From Eledone cirrhosa (Eukaryota), in contig OZ024741.1 in the NCBI GenBank assembly GCA_964016885.1, positions 61,504,001-61,568,000 of the forward strand: DNA of 64,000 bases, read 5' to 3'. This document shows, one piece after another, positions 13,537-24,132 of the stretch. The position numbers and the translations under genes were made by a program. The stretch's first letter is position 1, and every line of letters begins with the position of its first letter. The notes under the pieces are model-generated. The model was not told the origin of the DNA. It searched no databases and was given only the letters and a program-made list of their open reading frames with translations.

Positions 13537-14175
13537 TAAAGTTAGTCCTTCATCAGTGATCTTCCAACCATCATTGGTATTTCATCGCTTTAAAGATCAT
13601 ATACCTCCGGTTGGTGCGAGCAACGGCTAAAGAAAGTCGTTGGGACACGTAAATTAGGGGAACGAGCAAGAGTGTAAACAAACAAATATGGTAAAGCAAC
13701 AAAAAGTGAGGAAGAAAGAGTCAAGTCCCAGATTACCATGAATATAAGTTTGGTGAAATCAGGAACGAGAGAGAATAAAGACCATCAAACCTAGTCGAAA
13801 GGTGAGCAAGGAAGGAATTCCGCACAGGTCAAACGGGAGGAAGAAGGAGTCCAGTCCGTGAATTCGGTGGACATAAGTTCTGTAAAATCGTTGACGAGAG
13901 AGAGAGAAAAGGGGAACCAACCTGGTCAAGCGTGCGCGAGAAGAGAATTACGCACAGGTCAAATGGGAGGAAGTAGAAGGGGTAGTAGCAGAGAGAGAGT
14001 GAGTGAAGGGTGAGGAAGAGGCTAACAGAGAGAGTGACTATTAGAGAGGGTAAAGATACAGAGAAAGAGGAAGCAGTAAGAACGAAATACCAATGATGGT
14101 TGGAAGATCACTGATGAAGGACTAAATTTATTCATATGTAACCCATTTACAACCACGCAGCACGTTTGTTCTCAT
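13097..14175. mobile_element. Cluster of non-coding Penelope-like pseudo-LTR fragments in both orientations
   Basis: Three copies of gaaataccaatgatggttggaagatcactgatgaaggactaa (two direct, one inverted); 277-bp palindrome at 13313-13589; hammerhead 3' half at 13454-13491; ~130-bp tandem pair at 13710-13975; (TA)n flanks. Confidence 0.7.
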
Positions 14176-14200
14176 ATATATATATATATATATATATAAA

Positions 14201-14283
<83 letters not shown>

Positions 14284-14287
<4 letters not shown>

Positions 14288-16577
14288 TCATCATCATCAT
14301 CATCGTTTAACGTCCATGTTCCACGCTTGCATGGGTTTGGACGGGAGTTTTCCCACTTGAGGCAAGAGTGGTTGTCTTGCTCGCATAGGACTGTCTGGCG
14401 GGTTTTCTACAGCTGGATGCCCTTCCTAACACCAACCACATTTACAGTGTGGGACTGTCTGTTTTTTTGTTGTGACACCTACACGACCTCATTTGTTTCG
14501 GCCTGGATGTTGTGGCACCAACATAACTTTACATTGAAAGGGGCGGTGTGGATGGGACGGGGGTGATGGAGGGTGTATTTTGTTAGAGATGCCTACTGAC
14601 TATAGTAGGTTTTACTTTGTATTTAGGTAAGGCGGGTCTTCTCTATTACTGAGTACCGCCAAAGCTCTCGGTCCAGTGACATTGCCTTGGAGAGGTGTAA
14701 GTGTGTGAGGTCGGAATTTATCAAGTCGTCCCAGGTGTTTCTAGGTCTGCCTACTCCGTGGCTACCGTCTATTTTTATTGTCCTGCATTTTTTTATACAG
14801 CTGTCGTCTTTCATGCGCATCACGTGACCATACCAACGTAGTTTCTCTCGAGTAAACAACATCTGAGCCCTCTTATTTCTAATTTTTCCCTTAGTTCGTT
14901 TATGCTTTGCCGTTCGCGTATATTACTATTACACATCCAGCGGAGCATGCAAGCTTCGTTCCTCTCTAGTCTGCGTATATCCTCTGCACATAATGCCCAG
15001 GTCTTACTGCCATGCAACATTGCTGTTCGTATGCAGGCATCATACAGCCTGCCTTTCATTTTTAGGGAGAACCCTTTAGCGGCTAATAGTGGTATAAGCT
15101 CACTGAACTTTTTCCATCCAGTTCTGACTCTAGCTACTGTACTTTCAGAGCACCCTCCCCCACTGCTGATTTTGTCACCCAGATAACGGAAGCTGTCCAC
15201 TATTTCTATAGAACCCTCTGCGCAATTGAAAGAGCTAGTATTTTTTGTGCACTTGCTGCTACTTATTGCACCAGAGCACCGCCTACATGTAAAATCTGTG
15301 TTCTTAGTTAGCTTACCTGTGATCCCACTACATCTTTTATGCACCCATATTTTGCATTTGGGACATAAAATGGAGTTTCTACCTACGCCTTTCCTACACA
15401 CTGAGCATGGCCATTTCCCGGAAGGGACCGGCGCCTTATTTTCTTTCCTACAAACTAGAACTTTAGTCTTAGCCAGGTTAATTTTAAGGCCTTTTGATTC
15501 TAGGCCGTGCTTCCATGTCTGGAATTTCTTCTCTATCTCGGCCATTGATTCAGCTATGAGCGTTAGATCATCTGCGTATAGGAGTTCCCATGGGCAGCCG
15601 GTCTTGAACTCCACTGTTATAGCCTGAAGGGCAATAATAAATAGTAGGGGGCTAAGAACAGAGCCCTGATGAACACCAACTTTTACGCTAAACTCTTCAC
15701 TATATTCGTTGTTAATTCTAACCTTGCTAACTGTTTCTTTATACATGGCTTGTATAGCTCGCACAAGCCATTCATCAACACCTAGTTTTCAAAGGCCCAC
15801 CAGATAATGGAACGGGGAACTCTGTCGAAGGCTTTCTCCAAGTCGACAAAAGCTAAGTATAGGGGTTTACTTTTATCTAGGTACTTCTCCTACAATGAAA
15901 AGAGCGTCTGTGGTACTTTTGCCTGATACAAACCCGAACTGCATTTCATCTAGATCAATTCTCTCTCTGATTAGTTGCGCTATTACTTTTTCCGTGACCT
16001 TCATGACCTGGTCGATTAATTTAATGCCTCTATAGTTACTCCTATCTAGGGCATCTCCTTTACCCTTGTAGCAGTTAATGATGATGCTGCTACGCCAGTC
16101 TTTCGGAACAACCCCATTCTGTATGACTTGGTTTACTATCCGGGTGACCATGGTGTGTCCTACCGTTCCAGAGTCTTTCAGCATCTCAGCAACTATTTCC
16201 GAAGGCCCAGCCGCCTTACCCATCTTCATATCTTTGATTGCCTTACTTATTATACTACCTTCGACTAACACTGCTGGTCCCTCTATTGGGTCGATGTGGG
16301 GGAGACTGTCTTTCTCCCATTTATTCTCCTCATTTAGTAGCCTTTCGTAGTGACACTTCCAAGCTACCTTCTTATCAGCGTCAGTGATGGCAAGTACGCC
16401 ATCATCATTAAGTACACACTTCTCCCCGACAATATCACGCTTTTCCTTGACACATTGCCTAGCAATCCTGAACACCTCACGTTTTTGGTCCTCGCGTTGT
16501 AGAACATGATTGAACTTTCTCTCCTCTGCTTCCGTTCTTGCGAAGTACACTTGTCTCCTAGCTTCCCTCCTGGCCAC
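14284..16577 (-). mobile_element. 5'-truncated RTE LINE, same family as 11242-12898, frameshifted
   Basis: ORF pieces 15873-16664, 14820-15764 and 14623-14862 with YKGKGD..NYRGI, QFGF, LLYADD; (CAT)n tail at 14284. Confidence 0.95.
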
Positions 16578-17006
16578 ATATATAATTACACACAAATATA
16601 TATATATATATATATTACACAAATATATATAAATGAATATATATATATATACACACACACACATACAAACACACAGATATCAGTATTCTTTTATCTATTT
16701 AATTACATTGTGACTACTAAATTAAATACCTAAACAGACATTGTTGTTGCTGTTGTTGTCATTATTATTATCACTACTACCACTACTACTCTTCTTTACA
16801 AGTGAATGACTGGTTTTATTGCTGCTTTTAATTTTTAGTGGCCATAAATAATATTTCCAAAGAAACAACAACTCTATTGGATGTAGAAATGTTATTACTT
16901 ATAGAATTCTATATTAAATCAAAATAAAGAAATATTTCTCATTTATCAAAGATATATTTCAGTTTAGTAATACATTTTCTTTTGGACTAGGGGCAACAAA
17001 GGTCAG

Positions 17007-17054
<48 letters not shown>

Positions 17055-17076
17055 GTGTATATATATATATATATAT

Positions 17077-17196
17077 ATAAACGGAAAAAATGAAACGAAA
17101 TTTCATTTCTCACTCTTAGTACGGCTGTTACTTAAATATAAGTATGTATAAATACATACATATATGTATACAGACGTACAGTAGTATGTGTGCATG

Positions 17197-17232
<36 letters not shown>

Positions 17233-17722
17233 CATGTATGTATATATATACATACTACTGTACGCCTGTATACATATATGTATGTACGTATGTATACATA
17301 CTTATATTTAACTAACAGCCGTACCAAGAGTGAGAAATGAAATTTCATTTCATTTTTTCCGTTTATCGTTTGTGGTACCCCGGCCAATTAACTCACTCGA
17401 TATGCAAATTAGGCTGCTCAGCCGTTATTATGCATAAGGAAAGTATATACTTTCAGACGTTCAACCATCTGGCAGGAAGGTATACGTTGCTGACGATAGC
17501 TAATAAGCTTGAAACTAGTACAGCGTTCCTTTGTCAGTGTTGAACAAATGAGCAACGATGGTTGCTAGACACTGTACAGCTTAATTCGGGATGTTTGTTT
17601 ACAAACACACCTAGCATTATAATAAATGTTCGGTGAATCCATACGTACATATATATGTGTGCATGTATGTATATAAATATATACATACTACTGTACGTCT
17701 GTATACATATATGTATGTACTT
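17077..17722 (+). mobile_element. Non-autonomous Penelope-like / retrozyme-like element
   Basis: Inverted arms 17077-17188 and 17249-17366; terminal direct repeat (catactactgtacg at 17251 and 17684); internal hammerhead; AATAAA at 17621; (TA)n flanks; no credible ORF. Confidence 0.75.
17484..17526 (+). ncRNA. Minimal type I hammerhead ribozyme motif
   Basis: acgttg CTGACGA t-agct-aata-agct-t GAAA ctag TA cagcgt: 6-bp stem I, short stem II, palindromic stem III (ACTAGT), GUA cleavage triplet. Confidence 0.8.
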
Positions 17723-17764
17723 ATATATATATATATATATAGATAGATATATATATATATATAG

Positions 17765-18085
17765 GCATCAATGTCATTGTGTAACGCCTATTTTTCCATA
17801 CTAGCACAAGTTAGACAAGTTGTCTCATAGTGAGACAATTCAGGTCAGATGACTTTGTCTTGCGCTGTTTTTGTCCTAAAATCAACACAACCAATTTACA
17901 GTGTCAACTGGGCACTTTTTGTTGAGTCACCAGCATGACCACTTTACAGTGAGAACTGGGCACTTTTGTCATGGCACCAAATGACCACATTACAATGTGT
18001 ACTGGGTGCTTTTTGTCACAGCACTAAAACAACCACTTTACAGTGTGGACTGGGTGCTTTTGTTGTGTCACTAGCATGATCACTG
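17765..18085 (-). mobile_element. Old RTE-tail element with about 4 copies of the 48-bp unit
   Basis: Repeated accactttacagtg..actgggtgcttt units preceded by a degenerate catactagcac stem. Confidence 0.6.
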
Positions 18086-18153
18086 TATGGGTTAGAATGA
18101 GATCTTTTAGCCATTTCAGCTGCATTGTTGGGGAGTCTGTTTATCTTTCCATG

Positions 18154-18218
<65 letters not shown>

Positions 18219-18222
<4 letters not shown>

Positions 18223-18544
18223 GTTAGAGCATCGAGCTTATAATCGTGAGGTTGTGGGTTCAATTCTAGGACCGGGCTTTGCATTTTGTTCTTGAGCAAG
18301 ACACTTTATTTCATGTTACTCCAGTTCACTCAGCTTTAGAAATGAGTTGTGACGCCACTGGTGCCAAGCTATATCGGCCATTGACTTTCTCTTGGACAAC
18401 ATCGGTGGCATGGAGAGGGAAGACTGGTATGCATGGGTGACTGCTGGTCTTTCACAAACAACCTTACCCAGACTTGGGCCTCAGAGGGGAACTTTCTAGG
18501 TACAAATCCCATGGTCATTCATGACCGAAGAGGGTCTTTACCCC

Positions 18545-18545
<1 letters not shown>
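18219..18545 (+). mobile_element. tRNA-derived CORE-like SINE with a non-RTE 3' part
   Basis: tggttagagc A box, ggttcaattc B box, cttgagcaagacactttatttca...ctcagct.tagaaatgag core shared with the 51432 copy; different downstream body. Confidence 0.8.
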
Positions 18546-18588
<43 letters not shown>

Positions 18589-18786
18589 GATGATTATACA
18601 GACATATACACATACATGCAATATAAGGATTACTTGCAAAATTCAGAGGTGAATACATTTTTGTTTAAAGCTGAACAAATGCTTGTATTCTGCATTGCCA
18701 GTAAGTTCATAATTTTCTATCTCATTAAACTTGCATTTAAACATAATTTGATGTATGACAGCTCTTCTCTTTTACTTTTAGCCATT

Positions 18787-19165
18787 GAGTATTTTTTTGA
18801 TTTCCATGTGTCTAACACACGTGGACATGTCCACAAAGTCAGAAAACAGCACAGTTCCCATGACTTTCGGAAACATTTTTTCACGCTCAGAGTTGCTGAA
18901 GCATGGAACAAACTACCTGCATCAGTTGTTAGCTGTCGAGACACTGCATCCTTTAAAACCTCCATGCTTCCCGAGATTCGCCAACACTACACCTAATATA
19001 CCCCTTCACACACATACACACATGTATATCATGACTCATACACTATTCACTTCCCTGACATTTGTATATTATTCTATGTACCATACATACACCTTTGACG
19101 AGTTGTAGTGTACCTGAGCACTTTACACAATAATTTCATTATTATCATTATTATTGATGATGATG
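18787..19165 (+). mobile_element. 3' fragment of a CR1/L2-group LINE
   Basis: TRGHVHKVRKQHSSHDFRKHFFTLRVAEAWNKLP; near-identical to the reverse complement of 57650-58000; ATT-like tail. Confidence 0.9.
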
Positions 19166-19483
19166 AAAAACTGTACTGATCTGTACTGATCAAGCTTCTG
19201 ACCTCTATGACACATTGTTCATCAGCAATAGAGAACAACTACAAAAAGAATATGCAATAGATTTATTCAAAAGCTATATAAGATAATACTTTCAAAATGG
19301 AATGCCAGGCAATTCAGCTTATTTGAATTGTAAAACACTATGTGTAAGAACTGCAGGAAGCCATATTACGATGACAATAATGACAATATTATAGTTTTTA
19401 TTAATCCTTTTAACATATTTCTCATTATTAAACTCATGTTCTTACATTAAATTATGATAGGTGTTTAGATAAATATACACCCA

Positions 19484-19728
19484 TTAACCCTTTCATTATT
19501 ATATTTCTAATGAAAGATACTGCTTATGGCTTTGAAAATAATCAAGAATTTGGAGAGATTTAATAATATCTAATTTTCTCATTATTCAGTTGGTATTTCA
19601 AACAACTTAAAGGTTCTTACATAAAATTATGATGGAAGGCTTTTAAATAAATATAAGCACTTTAAAATGATCAGCTTTATATTGTAGAACCAGAGCAGAT
19701 TTAGGTAGTCTGATATGAAAAGGCTCAA
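19484..19728. mobile_element. Old TTAA-flanked (piggyBac-like) MITE
   Basis: ttaaCCCTTTCAT ... ATGAAAAGGCtcaa ends; related copies at ~3105-3342, 25291-25722, 28128-28360 and 63379-63594. Confidence 0.55.
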
Positions 19729-19995
19729 TGGAGCAAAGAGATGAGATTTTATGTAATGAAAGGATGAAGTCTGTTTCACAGTGAAAAGCCAAAAGCTAGC
19801 TAATAAAAGTTAAGTGCAATAAGATGTTCAGTTGAGGTGCAGTAATGTTAATGATAATACAGTGATGAATGAGGTAAAACATTAAGAAAGAGTAATTAAC
19901 TCTATGTGTATTATATTGACATCAATAACTAATGTTGATGTAAAACAGGTTTCTAGTTGAGTGGTTATCAGAAGGAAAAATGTCTGTCTGAATAT

Positions 19996-20484
19996 CTAAG
20001 TAACGAAAGGACAGTTATATGATGCGTGTGTGAGAAGCGCGATGCTGTATGGTAGTGAGACATGGGTAGCAGCTGCAGAGGATATGCGATGGCTGGAGAG
20101 AAATGAAGCAAGCATGCTCCGTTGGATGTGCAATGTCAATATGCATGAACAACCAAGCATAGACAAGTTGAGAAAGAAACTGGGTATAAGAGGGATAAGT
20201 TGTGGTGTGCAGGAGAGAAGACTGAGATGGTATGGACATGTGATGCGCATGGAGGATGACCGCTGGGTAAAGAAGTGCCAAGAAATCCTAGTGGAAGGAA
20301 GATGCAGTAGAGGAAGACCACAAAAGACATGGGCAGAGGTGGTGAGAGCAGACCTCAAATTGCTGAAACTCACGGAGGAGATGACGAAGGACCGTGACAA
20401 GTGGAGAGATGCTGTGCTGAATAGGACCCGTCCCACCCTTGCAAACAGGGAAAAGGGGACGTAAAATGATGATGATGATGATGA
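19996..20484 (+). mobile_element. RTE LINE 3' fragment (second subfamily, very short 3' UTR)
   Basis: AMLYGSETW..RRLRWYGHVMRM..GRPQKTW; ends cccgtcccacccttgcaaacagggaaaaggggacgtaaaa(tga)n. Confidence 0.92.
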
Positions 20485-21224
20485 ATCATGAAGAGTGACT
20501 TGGAAAGCAGGGAATGCAGTTCATGATGCTGACCAGTCACCATGGCAGAGAGTGGAACAGTGGAGCCTTACTCCCCCACTCCAGAAAATTATTCACTCCT
20601 CTCATCCGTGAATGTGATATGAACTAATTTTAATATGTGAAAATGCACTTCTACAAACATGCCATGCTTCAGGCTTGATACCCATCTTCACTAAACTTGA
20701 TCCCCCCCCATTAGTAACACCCTGGTGATGGACCTGCCATGATGACCCTTATTGGTTACAAGAGAAATCTGAGAAAATAAAATCTACAAATGAGATTTTA
20801 GAAATATATTTGTAAATCAGTTCAATTCATTTTCTTTTTGACAAATTCACTCACTTTGCTATAAAATGTATCAATTACATGTTCTACCTTCATTTTCTTC
20901 AAAAGGTCTTTATTCATAGAAATAAAGACCAAATTACTCAATCTCCCTTCATTTTGAGAAGTTATATAATTATTTACTCACTTTAATGAAGAAAACTATC
21001 TCACATAGGAAGAAGATACGGCAGGTATGGTCAGAATCATTGTCGGCCAAATGTGTTCAGAGCAATTATGGAATTCAGATAGTTCTGAGATTTTTGTGTC
21101 TTGTCAAAGCTGTAATCAAATTGTTCAAATCACAATAATTGGTAGTTGTTCATTAGTTCTTATGGTGACAAACTAACAAGCATGGGAAACAGAACGACTT
21201 CTTCAGAATGAGACATCCACTCAT

Positions 21225-22745
21225 ACTGTTCATCCCACTTTGGTTTTGATTTCTATAGCTGGATGCCCTTCCTAAAGCCAACCACATTTACTGTGCGTAC
21301 TAGGTGCTTTTTGTAATAGCACCAAAAATGATTACTTTTTATAGCGTGTACTGGGGGCTGTTGTGGGGATGGTGCATGGGGATAGGAGAGGTAGATCTAG
21401 GGGTAAGAGGGTTTATTAAGTGAGGGGTGGGGAGTAGGGACGTGGGTGAATGATGGGGTGTTAGGACGTGGGTGGAGTGTTAGGACAGGTGAAGGGAAAG
21501 CAGGGTAAATAGGTGCATACTAAATGTATGCTTTAACCTGAGCACATGAGAAGATGGGTCTTCTGTATTACAGCATTATTTCAAAGATCTCGATCATGTG
21601 TCATCACTATTGAGAAGGTGCAAATGTGCAAGGTCAGCCTTTATCACCTCATTCCAAGTCTTCCTAGATCTTCCTACTCCATCAACTTTGAGCGCTTTTT
21701 ATACAGCTGTCATCATTCATATGCATCACGTGTAAGCTCCATTCCTGTAGACTGCATCTGATCCCTCTTATGCTCAGTTTCTCTCTCAGTTCATTTCACC
21801 TTTGTGGTTCATGTATATTACTATTACACATCCATCAAAGCATGCCAGCTTCATTTCTTTCCAATCTTCATAGGTCCTCTGCACACAGAGCCCAAGTCTC
21901 ACTACTATGCAACATTGCTTCTTGTATACACACATCATACAATCTACTCTTGATTTTGAGGGAAAATCCTTTTGTAACTAGGAGTGGTAATGGCACCCAG
22001 AATTTTTTCCATCCTGTCCTCACTCTGGATACTGTACTTTCACACATCCACTGCTAATTTGGTCACCCAGTTAACAAAAGCTGTCAACTGCTTCCACAGA
22101 ACGTTCCAAGAATTTGATAGTGCTTGTTTCCTGTGAGTAATTTCTACTTACTGCTCCTGTCCAATGGCCCCATGTAAAACCTACATTTATAGCTAACTTA
22201 GCTTGGATCCCACTACATCACTTGTTTGCATTTGGGACAGAGGATGGAATTTCTACCCACCCTTTTCCTACACACTGAGTAAGGCCATTTCTTTAAGGGC
22301 GTCTGGGTTTTGTTTTCCTTTCTGCTTTCTAGAACTTTAGTCTTTGCAAAGTTGACTTTTAGACCTTTTGATTCCAGATTGTGCTTCCAGGTCAGGAATT
22401 TTTTCTCTAGTTCTGTCATAGATTCAGCTACGAGAGTTAGGTCATCAGCCTACAGGAGTTCCCAAGAGTATTCTGTTTTAAACTTTTCTGTTATAGCATG
22501 GAGGATGATAAAACAGGAGCGGGCTAAGGATGGAACCTCAGTGGACCCCATCTTACACACTCCTTGCTATAGTCATTATTAACTTTAACTTTACTGACAG
22601 CATCTCTGTACATGGCTTATATCACCCTCACTAACCACTCTTCTACTATTTTCCTAATTGCCCACCAGATTATAGAATATGGAACCCTGTCAAAAGCTTT
22701 CTCTAGGTCAACAAATGCCAAGTAGAGGGTTTGCTTTTAGCTAGA
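21225..22745 (-). mobile_element. Older degenerate RTE LINE
   Basis: Fragmented frames homologous to 11242-12513 (LESKGLKVNFAKTKVL, RNSILCPKCK). Confidence 0.88.
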
Positions 22746-22749
22746 TATA

Positions 22750-22847
22750 TAGGATGTCCCAAAAAATGTATACATACTACAACAGCATTCTAATAAATAT
22801 TGTCTGTACAGGTAATTAAAGTGTGTATACATTTTTTGGACACCCTG
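22750..22847. mobile_element. Tc1/mariner-type mini-MITE
   Basis: TIR-like ends taggatgtcccaaaaaatgtatac / gtatacattttttggacaccctg flanked by TA. Confidence 0.75.
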
Positions 22848-23661
22848 TATATACATATACATACACAGACCCCCCCCCCCCCCACACACATACATTGAAA
22901 GTCAACATTTTAAATTAGCTCCAAATATATCCTGAACGCCGTCCAACCACATTAGCAAGACACCCTTGAAAAGTATAAAGCAGCACTATGATTGCATCAC
23001 ATTAAATAGTAAAGTTTTCAATCTAACACTGCAAATTTTCACAAGGATCTGTTCACTAGTAATGATACTGTAAACATTTGAATTAATGAACCTGTTTTTA
23101 GATATCTTCTATTAATTATAGGATGCTTAGAGCTAATATTCTGGAGATTATATTTCAGTACAAAAATAATAATAATAAAAAAACTACAAAAAATAAAAAC
23201 AAAAAAAAAATAGATTCTTTATTACATGTTATCACATTCTAAGTTCAGAAATTCAATTAATTACTCTTGTTAAGTTTTCTTCACCAATATTTTGTTGATA
23301 ACAAATTGCAAAATTATGTTCAAGAAATGTAATATTCAACAAATTACTTTTTCACTTAAAACTAAATAATTTTGAATTAATATCATATTGTTTAATAGGT
23401 TAGGTTTTGATAAAATGTCTAAGTATGTTAAAAGTGAGATTTTGGTTATTTTTATCTGCTTATTTTTATAGTGTGTGTTTGTTTCTACTTAGAGCTGGTT
23501 CTATGATAAAATGCACCCAGCACACTCTGTAAAGTGATTAATGTTAGGAAGGGCATCCAGTTGTAGAAACTATGCTAAAAACCAGATTGTTGCTAGTGTC
23601 ATGATAAAATGGTTTGAAGTAGAAAGGGCATCTAGTTATCGAACCTATGCTAAAACTAGAA

Positions 23662-24132
23662 TCTAAACTATAATAAAGGGAGGAGCGCGGGACTGCGTAC
23701 AGTTTATAATTTTTTATCCCATTAGTAAAATAAGTTGGATTACTTTGAATAAATAATGAATGAATATTACATAATTTATCTACTAAATTTCGTGGCTATT
23801 GATTAAATATATTTTGTTTATTTAAAGATTCACTTCTTTAAAATTTCTGAAATATCAACACTTCCGGTTGGCGATTGCTTAAATAAACATACTAATTTTC
23901 TCCTAATGAAGTTTATATATAATATCGTCTTTTTTTAATGTATCATGGATTACGTTACTGATTACATAAGACAGTGTAACGTAGTCTTCGCTCACTTTCT
24001 ATGTATTATATATTGTCAATTACGATTTTATTTCATGTATCATATCTACATGTATATATACTTGCGTATAATATCAATATACACACTATACATGCTAGCA
24101 GAAAATCACCCGAAGGGCGGTTTTTCTGCTAG
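23662..24132 (+). mobile_element. Non-autonomous Helitron, family A
   Basis: A|TCTAAACTATAATAAAG ... gcagaaaatcacccgaagggcggtttttctg CTAG|T; no TSD; joined flanks (gaa|tgcatg) resemble the uninterrupted repeat at ~33475. Confidence 0.9.

Noticed and set aside
20981-21112. Possible upstream THUMPD3 exon (AG...GTGAGT on the minus strand)
   Set aside because: All three frames between the splice-like sites contain stops and the resemblance to THUMPD3 is superficial
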